From positions 1 to 46,745 of the IMG/VR virus record IMGVR_UViG_3300009481_000001: a stretch of DNA of 46,745 nt. One strand, 5' to 3'. Under the pieces are notes generated by a model that was not told the origin of the DNA, searched no databases, and was given only the letters and a program-made list of their open reading frames with translations. A program made the position numbers and the translations under genes. Below, piece by piece: positions 1 through 7,492 of this stretch (the first letter of the stretch is position 1; every line of letters starts with the position of its first letter). This stretch comes from a virus.

Positions 1-81
1 GCCTGAGCCTGAGCCTGAGCCGAGGCCGAGGCCTGAGCCGTTGCCTGAGCCGGAGCCTGAGCCTGAGCCGTCGCCGATCAA
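1..81 (-). CDS. (Gly-X)n dipeptide-repeat ORF, N-terminal 27 codons (partial at window edge)
   Basis: TTG at 81..79 overlaps the TGA (80..78) of the upstream gene as TTGA. The reverse strand reads [27 protein letters not shown] with Gly at every second codon. It continues in frame into 46745..46545 if the window ends are joined. Confidence 0.45.
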   Translation of the reverse strand, partial: MIGDGSGSGSGSGNGSGLGLGSGSGSG

Positions 82-359
82 CGGAACGTATCCAGCGCGG
101 AAGGCCCGACCGGGAACACACGACGCACTCCGATCAGGGTGGACTCGCCACGGACCGGATCGGTGATGGACGGGGACGCCGGATCCAGCCCATGGATCGC
201 CAAGTCGGCCGCCGACCCGTCCCCGACTCGACCCTTGACGTAGTAGCGCCGGAGGTGGCGCGCACCCCGCAGCACCGCCACACCATTCGGCGCGTCGAGG
301 CTTACAAGGTTCCCGCTGTAGACGCCAGAGTCTCCGGCGATGATCACGTAGCTGTCCAT
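78..359 (-). CDS. small phage protein of unknown function (93 aa)
   Basis: ORF track. ATG at 359 is preceded by GGAGAG 6 nt upstream. The pattern LRGARHLRRYY...AADLAIHGL recalls a widespread small phage protein family (from memory only). Confidence 0.7.
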   Translation of the reverse strand: MDSYVIIAGDSGVYSGNLVSLDAPNGVAVLRGARHLRRYYVKGRVGDGSAADLAIHGLDPASPSITDPVRGESTLIGVRRVFPVGPSALDTFR

Positions 360-385
360 TACTATCTCTCCGTTGTTGTTAGGTT

Positions 386-877
386 CTAGCCGAAACTCGG
401 CCTACGAATGGTGAGCACGTCGCTCCAACTACGCTTCACGAGCGAGACGGCGTTGCTTTGGTTCCCAGCGAGTACGGTGAACTCACCATCCCCGTCCTCG
501 TTGATGAACCCGACGTGCCCCGGTCCAACGTGCAGTCGAATATCTCCTGCGCGACCAAAGACAACGATGTCTCCTGGTCGAGCGTCCGTGAGACTGACTT
601 CGTCACCGTAGCTGGACCACGACTTAGCCATCGCCGAGCCCGTGAATTCCATTCCAGCCGCCCTCAGGCAGTAGTTCACGAAGGAGGAGCACCACGGGGT
701 CTCGTCGTCGGTCGCCTTGAGGCTCGTTGACTGATGGAACATCACGATGTCCGGATGATCCTCGTCGCCGGGGATCTCCTTCAGTCCGATGTACGACCGA
801 GCGATGATTAGCCACTCGGGGGCGGTCTCCGTAGCGGAGACGATCCGTAGCGGACCGCTACAGTGCGGGCACTTCAC
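386..877 (-). CDS. peptidoglycan hydrolase, NlpC/P60-CHAP-like (TIGR02594-type); endolysin candidate
   Basis: The PWCSSFVNYCL cysteine motif and downstream GHVGF histidine are typical of this hydrolase class. GTG at 877 overlaps the stop of 874..1128 as GTGA. The ORF-track start at 1006 would overlap the upstream gene by about 130 nt. Confidence 0.7.
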   Translation of the reverse strand: MKCPHCSGPLRIVSATETAPEWLIIARSYIGLKEIPGDEDHPDIVMFHQSTSLKATDDETPWCSSFVNYCLRAAGMEFTGSAMAKSWSSYGDEVSLTDARPGDIVVFGRAGDIRLHVGPGHVGFINEDGDGEFTVLAGNQSNAVSLVKRSWSDVLTIRRPSFG

Positions 878-1128
878 TTCTTGATGACCGGGGGCGCGGG
901 GGTGGGCTCGTACTCCTTGAGTCGCTCCTCCAGCAGCTTGACGATCGCCTTCTGGAACGCAGCGGAGGACTGGCCTCGGCGGGTGATGTGGTTCTTGTTG
1001 AACCACTGGCCGAGCGCCTGCTCGATGCTGTAGTTCTCCACGACCGAGGTGATGTGGATATCTAACGCGTGACGATCGCAGAATGCTTCGGCCAGGGACG
1101 GGTATAGTTCCTTCTTAATCATGGTCAT
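874..1128 (-). CDS. hypothetical protein (84 aa)
   Basis: ORF track. ATG overlaps the upstream stop as ATGA (1125..1128). Confidence 0.65.
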   Translation of the reverse strand: MTMIKKELYPSLAEAFCDRHALDIHITSVVENYSIEQALGQWFNKNHITRRGQSSAAFQKAIVKLLEERLKEYEPTPAPPVIKK

Positions 1129-1403
1129 GCTACTTCACTTCTTTCCTTGAGTTGCTCTGCGACAGACATTCCGTTGCAGACGCAGATAGAATGATCTCCG
1201 GCCACGATCTGTACGCAGTCATCCGTGATCTTCTCAGCCACGGAAGGGTTTAGTCGGCTGTTGAACTTGACATATCCTGAGTTTGTCTTCAGGATCGTCT
1301 GAAGCGTACGGTGTCCCTGCCTCGTTCGGACCCATTGGGTGAACACCCCGCACACTTCGGTGGGCTTCTTCGTAAGCCACACGTGGATCTTATAGTGGTT
1401 CAT
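1125..1403 (-). CDS. hypothetical protein (92 aa)
   Basis: ORF track. ATGA overlap with the upstream gene at 1400..1403. Confidence 0.65.
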   Translation of the reverse strand: MNHYKIHVWLTKKPTEVCGVFTQWVRTRQGHRTLQTILKTNSGYVKFNSRLNPSVAEKITDDCVQIVAGDHSICVCNGMSVAEQLKERSEVA

Positions 1404-1654
1404 TTCGGCAATCCCATCGACTCCATGACCCCAGCAGGGGATCGTCTATATAGTTCTTCGCGTACGTGCTGCTTCCTGACCTCAGCCATCGTGTGCGCTA
1501 GAGAGTCGAGACGATAGGCTAGTACATGGTCGTTTGCAACCTTCGCTACACTTCTCGCCTCTCTGATCCAGTTGATGCCATGAATGATCCTCTCTTCCAC
1601 CTGCGTTATTGGTCGAGGTCTGGAGTCTTTATTTGGAGGCAGGACGTCAGCCAC
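1400..1654 (-). CDS. hypothetical protein (84 aa)
   Basis: ORF track. GTG start overlaps the upstream stop by 8 nt (GTGGCTGA). Confidence 0.6.
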   Translation of the reverse strand: MADVLPPNKDSRPRPITQVEERIIHGINWIREARSVAKVANDHVLAYRLDSLAHTMAEVRKQHVREELYRRSPAGVMESMGLPK

Positions 1655-1967
1655 GGATCCTCCACGGACCGTGGGGCCATAGGGCTCTAAATCCTATGTA
1701 GTCTCCATTATGACGCATCGCGAAGTGCTGATTACTACCTTGAACCTGTCCAATGTACGTCCACACTTCATTGCTCTCGAACATGTCAGTCTGAGCACCC
1801 TGCTCAAGCGTCAGCGTTACGGGTGTTCCTGGGCGGGGCACGTTGATCGGATACTCGCCGGACATAGCGCAGGCGGGTTTATCTGCACCCCACCCGTGAC
1901 GGTACATGCGACCGTCTCCGTAGGTCATGAAGACCCTTCGGCAGATGTGGCATGCTCCTAGTTTCAT
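1647..1967 (-). CDS. hypothetical Cys/His-containing protein (106 aa)
   Basis: Internal ATG at 1967 (MKLGACHICRR...) overlaps the stop of the small upstream ORF as ATGA. The longer ORF-track start at 2045 would overlap that ORF. Confidence 0.6.
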   Translation of the reverse strand: MKLGACHICRRVFMTYGDGRMYRHGWGADKPACAMSGEYPINVPRPGTPVTLTLEQGAQTDMFESNEVWTYIGQVQGSNQHFAMRHNGDYIGFRALWPHGPWRIRG

Positions 1968-2056
1968 CGGCCTGTCACTCCGAAAGCGCAGACGATTAGA
2001 ATGTACGCCCCGAACATCAGGACGACGAACAGTCGATGTCTCCACTTGTCGCTCAT
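1964..2056 (-). CDS. small single-pass membrane peptide (30 aa)
   Basis: Not in the ORF track because it is under 60 aa. Translation is MSDKWRHRLFVVLMFGAYILIVCAFGVTGR. The ATG lies 1 nt after the upstream TAA, and the stop overlaps the downstream ATG (ATGA). Confidence 0.45.
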   Translation of the reverse strand: MSDKWRHRLFVVLMFGAYILIVCAFGVTGR

Positions 2057-2057
2057 A

Positions 2058-2303
2058 TTAGAACAGGTGACGAGGGTTTAGCTTGAAACTGTTCACCACG
2101 TTGTTCGTCGCTCGACGAAGGTTAATGGCTTCATAGATATGGTTGCGAGGTACTCGCTCCTTGACTGGCGTGCCGTCGTCGAGCTTGGTATTCTTGATCA
2201 CCTCCGCCTTCTGATACTTCTTCTTCATCAAGATGTGAACCACATCACAAAGTTCGTCTCCGCTGCCAAGGTGATTGTTGTCGATCTTTACGTAGTACTT
2301 CAT
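2058..2303 (-). CDS. hypothetical protein (81 aa)
   Basis: ORF track. The ATG sits in a duplicated copy of the SNF2 stop/start junction (ATGA). Confidence 0.65.
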   Translation of the reverse strand: MKYYVKIDNNHLGSGDELCDVVHILMKKKYQKAEVIKNTKLDDGTPVKERVPRNHIYEAINLRRATNNVVNSFKLNPRHLF

Positions 2304-2378
2304 GCGCTCTTCATCCTTAGGTAAGCAAGCATAAGATCGAACATCTTACCCTTGCTTCGGGTTGGCTGGTCTTCGGTC

Positions 2379-2756
2379 TCACGGTCGCTGCTTTGCGAGC
2401 CACTCGTCGGCCCGATCCCCTGCGCCCGGAGCGTTCAGCTTCATGTCGAGTACGATCTTATAGGCGTCCATAATGTTCGAGTCAAGGTAGATCAGCATGC
2501 GAATAAGTCGAGAGATTGCGACCCTGGGCACCGTGCAGTGCTTATCGATCACATTGCCGATCAGTACCGGAGGCCGAGCCAGGAGGTCCGCAAGCCATCG
2601 ATGGCACGCTTCATCGTATGCACGCTCCAAACGAAGCTCGGTCGCGCTACCTCTCATGAAGGAGTTACTGCGTCCCATCTGAGGAGGAGGGAAGAACACA
2701 GAGGACTCGCTCAGCCAGTCTTGTAGGTCTTGAATGTCTCGCTGTAGCTGCTTCAT
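2379..2756 (-). CDS. hypothetical protein (125 aa), flanked by a duplicated gene junction
   Basis: ORF track. The ATG overlaps the SNF2 stop as ATGA. The gene is bracketed by roughly 54-bp direct repeats. Confidence 0.65.
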   Translation of the reverse strand: MKQLQRDIQDLQDWLSESSVFFPPPQMGRSNSFMRGSATELRLERAYDEACHRWLADLLARPPVLIGNVIDKHCTVPRVAISRLIRMLIYLDSNIMDAYKIVLDMKLNAPGAGDRADEWLAKQRP

Positions 2757-5224
2757 GCGCTCTTCATCCTTAGGTAGGCTACCATGAGGTCGAACATCTT
2801 GCCCCCGGCACGCGTCGGCGAGTCGTTGGTCTCAATGCGCTCGGCTACGGCAGTGATGAACTTCTCCCACTCAGGTCGCTTCTCGGTAGCTTGCTCAGCC
2901 ACGCGTCGGATGGTCGATGCGATGGCTCGGTCGTCATCAGACAGCTTGTTGTAGAAGGGAGTGCCGGGCTCGTAGATGGACACGATCTTACGGTAAGCGT
3001 TCATCGTACTGCCTGCCGACCTGATCATGTCGAGGCGGGCGAGCCACGGGTTATCTCCGCGCAACCACCTATCGAGCATGTTTATACTCAGCGGCCCGTC
3101 GTATCCGGTCACCTTGCGCGCCTCAAGCTCCAGCGTATCCACGTCGTAGGTCGTGGCGGCAGCTACCTCCAGTGCGCTCTTGCTCATTTCCTCAAAGAAG
3201 GAGTAGTAGCCCTTGCGGCCAGCGTCCTGCATAATCGTCTTCTTTAGGTCGCCACGTCCACGAAGGGTGGGGTAGATATGTTCAGTCTCCAGACTCCCCG
3301 AGATCATGAGGTGGTAGATCAGTGAGCACGTCCCGCCTGACACTGGCCTCATGCGCGCCTGATCGTAGTTGTCAGAGTTGAACCCCATGTTCCAGAAGAT
3401 GGCTCCGTCAGCAGAGGAGAGCGTCAGCCCGTGACCGATGCTGGAGTGCTTACCCACGAAGAAGGTCCGCTTGCCATCCTGGAACTCCGTTACGTGGTCG
3501 GCGAAGATGTCATCCACCGTACCGTACGAGTGCCCCGCCGTGCGCTCACGCTTCGCCTTCAGGAGCCCCCCCCACGACACTCCGAGTTCATCAAGGGTGT
3601 CAGCTACTATAGCCTCGCCTTCGTTGAACTCGCAGAAGATGATCATCTGCTGGCCGGGGTGCGTATCGATGAAGTCCTTGAGCCAGTCAACCTTCGGGTT
3701 CCCTGGCAGGCGCGCACGCCCGAAGACCCCTGGCCCGGTCTCAAACGAGAAGAACCCTGAGCAGATCTCTCGGAGACGAAGGAGTTGCACGAGTACGTTC
3801 GCTGCCTCGTTTTCTAGCTCCATCCCGTCCGCGGTCTCCAGCACAGCCATGTATGCGTTCAGCATGTGCTTGTATACCTCGGCCTGAACCGGGTCCGCCT
3901 TCAGTCGGACGTTCATGGTGTACGTGTCGCGCCCGGTGAACTGTTCAGCCTCGCCTCTCGTGCATCGGAGCATGTAGTACCCGCTTAGGTCGTGAAAGAG
4001 CGCTTTCCTGTGACGCATGAAGCCGACGTTCCCTCGCCCGTCGTCCGTGAAGAAGGACGCAGCAAACGCATCGATGTTATCACCGAGGATACCTGGGTCG
4101 ATGCAGAATGCCTGCGGCCAGATGTCCTGATGGAGTCGGCTCACGGGTGCGCCTGACAGTTCGTACAGGTACTCGACTTCAAGACTGATACCCATGTTCC
4201 CGAGCGTCCGCTTCGCCTTCGGGTTCTTCAGCTTGACCGTCTCGTCCATGATTACCATGATACGCTTCGGGTCGTAGAGTTGACGCATCACGCGCCAGTT
4301 GATCGCTGCTGACTCGAAGGAGGAGAGGTAGTGGGTCCAGTCGTAATTGATTGCTTCGAGCCGAGTGGCCTCCGAGTTCATGATGATCGATCGGTTGCCG
4401 GGCGTGTACCTGTCGTTCTCGTCACGCCATGCCGTGTTCAGCAGGCGTACCGGGGCGATGATAAACACCGCGTCGATCTCTCCCTGGTCCCTAAGCTCCT
4501 GCTCTAGTGCCTTAAGCATTGGGGTCTTACCGGTCCGCTGCTCGTATGCGAAGAGGACGCGCTTGACTGCGACTCCGAGTTCGACCCCGGCCCGCTGCTG
4601 GTAGTAGAACGCACGATCCTTACATGTGTGTGCATCGACCCAGGTCCCTGCGGTACGCTTCATGGTCACACCCCACGGTGTCGGGATCTCTTCCTTGCCA
4701 CCGCCGATCTTGATCTTCTCAGCACGTTCGAACTGAGCCTGTCGGAAGTCAAGCTCAGCCATCCGGTACTGCAAGGAGGTGGCGAGCCGAACACCGGCCG
4801 CTCCGGACATGTGCTTCTTTGCGATACCGTGCTCAAGGAGCTTGTCAATGTTATAGTGGTTCGCCGGGAACCGTACGTGGTTCCTGTCCGCAGTCACGTA
4901 GGCGCAGACGAACCCCGTACTCTCGGGCCTGAGCAGGAAGCCGCTCGCCGCAGTCCACATGCGGGGGGCTGTGATCATGTTCAGGTGATCTATGGTGAAG
5001 TCGGACTTGCCGTAGTCGAAGCTCTCTACATCGGAAACGGCGGTTTGGTAGACGATCTTGCGCTCGGCTGCGCCTACTAGAGGGACACGGACACGATCGA
5101 AGCACCGCTTGCAGATCAGGATGACTTCATCGACCTTGTTGGTGACGGAGGCGACCGTATACCCGCACTTGCCGCAGGTATAGTCTCGCGCATCGTGCAT
5201 GTTATTGTAGCGTTCCTCAGGCAC
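2753..5224 (-). CDS. SNF2-family helicase with N-terminal zinc ribbon
   Basis: CGKCG...CKRC ribbon at the N-terminus. DETVKLKN (DExH-like box II), IIFCEF, and GHGLTLSSADGAIFWNMGFNSDNYDQARMR (motifs V/VI) are typical of SNF2 ATPases. Confidence 0.8.
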   Translation of the reverse strand: MPEERYNNMHDARDYTCGKCGYTVASVTNKVDEVILICKRCFDRVRVPLVGAAERKIVYQTAVSDVESFDYGKSDFTIDHLNMITAPRMWTAASGFLLRPESTGFVCAYVTADRNHVRFPANHYNIDKLLEHGIAKKHMSGAAGVRLATSLQYRMAELDFRQAQFERAEKIKIGGGKEEIPTPWGVTMKRTAGTWVDAHTCKDRAFYYQQRAGVELGVAVKRVLFAYEQRTGKTPMLKALEQELRDQGEIDAVFIIAPVRLLNTAWRDENDRYTPGNRSIIMNSEATRLEAINYDWTHYLSSFESAAINWRVMRQLYDPKRIMVIMDETVKLKNPKAKRTLGNMGISLEVEYLYELSGAPVSRLHQDIWPQAFCIDPGILGDNIDAFAASFFTDDGRGNVGFMRHRKALFHDLSGYYMLRCTRGEAEQFTGRDTYTMNVRLKADPVQAEVYKHMLNAYMAVLETADGMELENEAANVLVQLLRLREICSGFFSFETGPGVFGRARLPGNPKVDWLKDFIDTHPGQQMIIFCEFNEGEAIVADTLDELGVSWGGLLKAKRERTAGHSYGTVDDIFADHVTEFQDGKRTFFVGKHSSIGHGLTLSSADGAIFWNMGFNSDNYDQARMRPVSGGTCSLIYHLMISGSLETEHIYPTLRGRGDLKKTIMQDAGRKGYYSFFEEMSKSALEVAAATTYDVDTLELEARKVTGYDGPLSINMLDRWLRGDNPWLARLDMIRSAGSTMNAYRKIVSIYEPGTPFYNKLSDDDRAIASTIRRVAEQATEKRPEWEKFITAVAERIETNDSPTRAGGKMFDLMVAYLRMKSA

Positions 5225-5690
5225 GATTCGACCACCTCGCCATCGCGTTCGAGAGAAGCTCCTCGGCCGTATCGGGGTCGAGTCCTGCCAGGAGTGCGTT
5301 CAGTGCCTTGACGGGATCGTTCCCGTACCGGACCATCATGCGCTGGCTACCAGCTTCAGACACGAGACGCTTGCGCTCACGCTGCACCACGGGCGCTCGC
5401 AGTTCTTCGATCGCTTCGATGCGCGAGAGGACCCCGTCTCTCTGCTCACGGAGCGCGCGGAGCGCAACGCTGGTCTCGCGGAGGCAGTCCTCGTCAGGCA
5501 TGCTTTCGAAGTACGCGGGGGGTTGGTCCCTACGCTTCGCTCGAAGTTCGATCTGTCCACCCTGCGACGGCACGACCGAAAGGCGGGAAGCACACTTGCA
5601 CTCCATCGCGAGTCGCACTGCGTTGTAAGTTGTCAGTTCGACCAACTTGCGCCCGCAAGAGTCGCACTCAAGTTCGTGTTTGGGTCTCAT
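5217..5690 (-). CDS. hypothetical zinc-ribbon protein (157 aa)
   Basis: ORF track. CDSCG...CKC pattern. AGGAG-like SD (caggagacaa) precedes the ATG. Confidence 0.65.
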   Translation of the reverse strand: MRPKHELECDSCGRKLVELTTYNAVRLAMECKCASRLSVVPSQGGQIELRAKRRDQPPAYFESMPDEDCLRETSVALRALREQRDGVLSRIEAIEELRAPVVQRERKRLVSEAGSQRMMVRYGNDPVKALNALLAGLDPDTAEELLSNAMARWSNRA

Positions 5691-5733
5691 TTGTCTCCTG
5701 AACAGTCATGGCGGAGAAGCCGTTAGTTTTGTT

Positions 5734-5779
5734 GCGCTCAATGGAGGGCACGGCTGCTGTCATGCGCTCCATTGAGCGC
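5734..5779. promoter_or_regulatory. 13-bp perfect inverted repeat (GCGCTCAATGGAG / CTCCATTGAGCGC) with a 20-nt spacer
   Basis: Read directly from the sequence. It lies in the intergenic gap between 5823..6485 and 5217..5690. No U-tract follows on either strand. Confidence 0.6.
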
Positions 5780-5822
5780 CCGGTCACGAGAGGAAGGGCC
5801 GGACCGGACGCTCAACCACCCT

Positions 5823-6485
5823 CTACTCGGCCGGGGGAGCCGGGGGGGCGGGGGGCTCCGTGTTCGCCTTCGCCAGCGCCTCGGCGCGCTGCGCTCGGGT
5901 CTGCTCGACGGCTGCGGTCAGGTCCTTGCTCTCCTGCTCGGGGAGCGCTCGGGCCTTCTTGATCGAGTCCAGCGCCGCGGTCACGGAGGCGGTGAGCGCC
6001 TTCTCGTCGGCAGCCTCGGCGATGTTCTTGATCTTGTTCTGGATGGCGCCCGTGGTCTTCGCCGTCTCGTCGATCAGGACGAGCCGAACCTTGTGGACGC
6101 GCCCATCTTCGTCCCGGCGCTCGAAGGTGCCGGTCACGCTGGACTTCTCCAGGCGTCCGACGAGCGCTCCGAACACGCGCTCGCTCAGCGCGGTCGCGTC
6201 CGCCTTCTCGTCGCTGGAGTCCTCCGGGAACCCGTCCACGCCGCAGTGGATCGCGATGCTGTCGAGGACATCCACGTCCATGAACAGCAGGTCCCAGAAG
6301 CTCGGGCCCCGGGATCCGGTCCGCTTCGGCTTTACGACCGTGCTGACGAGCGCGACGGACGCCGGGCTCGCGGCGAGGTGGGAGGTGATCTCGGAACCCA
6401 TGTTGGCGAACATGTCCGCGACGAACGCGGCACGATCTTCGGGGGAGAGACCCTTGAGGAACTCATTGGTGTCGATTTCGCTCAT
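5823..6485 (-). CDS. hypothetical protein (220 aa), high-GC island
   Basis: ORF track. SD AGGAG lies upstream. Strong G/C third-position bias produces shadow ORFs in other frames. Confidence 0.65.
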   Translation of the reverse strand: MSEIDTNEFLKGLSPEDRAAFVADMFANMGSEITSHLAASPASVALVSTVVKPKRTGSRGPSFWDLLFMDVDVLDSIAIHCGVDGFPEDSSDEKADATALSERVFGALVGRLEKSSVTGTFERRDEDGRVHKVRLVLIDETAKTTGAIQNKIKNIAEAADEKALTASVTAALDSIKKARALPEQESKDLTAAVEQTRAQRAEALAKANTEPPAPPAPPAE

Positions 6486-6553
6486 GATTGCTGCTCACTC
6501 CTGCGGGTTGGTCAATCCGGGATGGCTGGCCTTCATCCCCGCGCTGTCCTAAG

Positions 6554-6582
6554 AGTATGCGGACGGGATGCCCGCATGTCAA
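6554..6582 (-). promoter_or_regulatory. sigma70-like promoter TTGACA-N17-CATACT
   Basis: The -35 is at 6582..6577 and the -10 at 6559..6554 on the reverse strand. It sits directly after the stop of the upstream ORF and about 70 nt before the ATG at 6485. Confidence 0.5.
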
Positions 6583-6595
6583 CAGGTATTTCTAA

Positions 6596-6916
6596 TTAAA
6601 TTTTCCATTCAGCCTGCACTGTCCATGCGTCAAGCATGCCCGCTCCAGCCCGTAGGACGCCCGGAGAGGCATCCCAGCGAGCCACGGTACCTAGGCTGCA
6701 CGCGCGCGCACGCGAGGCCCAGGGGCCCAGGGGGCGCGAGAGGCCCAGGGGGTACGGGAAGCGGTGCCCGCCCCGGCGGAGCGTGGTACCCACGCGGTCC
6801 GTGGTCCACGCCTGCCTTATGAACGCATCAAACCAGGGATGATCCAGGGTTAGAATCACGGGTTCGATGCAGGTCGCGTTGTACCATTCTGTGAACGCGG
6901 GCCGGTTGATGTACAT
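6596..6916 (-). CDS. hypothetical protein (106 aa)
   Basis: Shortened from the ORF-track 7042 start to avoid overlap with 6991..7338. The C-terminal half is low-complexity R/G/P/A and no clear SD is present. Confidence 0.35.
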   Translation of the reverse strand: MYINRPAFTEWYNATCIEPVILTLDHPWFDAFIRQAWTTDRVGTTLRRGGHRFPYPLGLSRPLGPWASRARACSLGTVARWDASPGVLRAGAGMLDAWTVQAEWKI

Positions 6917-6990
6917 ACGTATAGACTCTAGATCATTAGATTCGAGAAGGGGTATACGGTTGTGTACCGCGTTCAGGCAGGAGAGGTGGA

Positions 6991-7338
6991 TCAGTACTCC
7001 AGTCCATGCACTTGAGCGAACATCCGAAGGTGGAAGTCCCACGCCTCCGGGTCCTTGTTATCGTGGATCGATTGCAGTTCAGATAGGAAAGAGATTGCTT
7101 CCCCTTCGTAGGGAAGACCTATGGCCTTGGCGATGTAAACCTCCTCCGGACCGTAGCCCTCCATGGAGGGCCTGTAGTCTTTGTCAGAGATACAGAACCC
7201 GAGCGCGCACCTAAGGCCGTTATCGCCACGGTATGCACAGCTTGATTCACCTTCCTGTGTACTCATAGAGCGCATGCCTTGTTTGAGCATGCCGTCTCGT
7301 GCGATGGTGAACACTTCTTGTTTTGTTCTCTTTATCAT
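6991..7338 (-). CDS. hypothetical protein (115 aa), first gene of the leftward arm
   Basis: ORF track. The translation looks like a plausible globular protein. Confidence 0.65.
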   Translation of the reverse strand: MIKRTKQEVFTIARDGMLKQGMRSMSTQEGESSCAYRGDNGLRCALGFCISDKDYRPSMEGYGPEEVYIAKAIGLPYEGEAISFLSELQSIHDNKDPEAWDFHLRMFAQVHGLEY

Positions 7339-7391
7339 AGCGGTCTGTACCCGTAGGTTAGAGGTGGGAAAGTATTATAAATACGCAGAGA

Positions 7392-7419
7392 GGTTGCCCG
7401 GTGTTTTCCCGGGCCAACC
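7392..7419 (-). terminator. GC-rich hairpin (GGTTGCCCGG / CCGGGCCAACC), possible terminator ahead of the 7338 operon
   Basis: Stem of about 10 bp with one bulge and a T-rich loop. On the reverse strand it is followed by tctctgcgtattt and then a TATAAT hexamer (7379..7374). Confidence 0.35.
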
Positions 7420-7492
7420 TCCTGCAATCCAAGGGGTTAACCGAATCCTTCGTTCCACGACATAGTGCTCCTTTGCGGGTTTTGAACCTAGT

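Noticed and set aside
75-90. Programmed -1 frameshift fusing the 93-aa domain to the Gly-X repeat
   Set aside because: No X-XXY-YYZ slippery heptamer or obvious downstream pseudoknot is present at CGTTGATCGGCGAC. The same TTGA overlap architecture occurs at ordinary gene junctions such as 32534-32537, so reinitiation is the simpler model. The alternative is kept in the findings.
386-1006. Long 206-aa version of the hydrolase ORF
   Set aside because: The N-terminal 43 codons overlap the 84-aa gene by about 130 nt and encode a Pro/Arg/Gly-rich string. GTG at 877 gives a GTGA coupling and starts just before the conserved domain.
5772-6599. 275-aa and 230-aa plus-strand ORFs (5772..6599, 5860..6552) and other overlapping frames
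   Set aside because: These are shadow ORFs of the high-GC 220-aa reverse-strand gene, which has an SD, a promoter and a plausible sequence.
7374-7379. TATAAT hexamer as the promoter of the 7338 operon
   Set aside because: It is a perfect -10 at a sensible distance from the ATG. However, there is no TTGACA-like -35 or TG extension, unlike the five consistent promoters found elsewhere. It is too weak to list as a feature.
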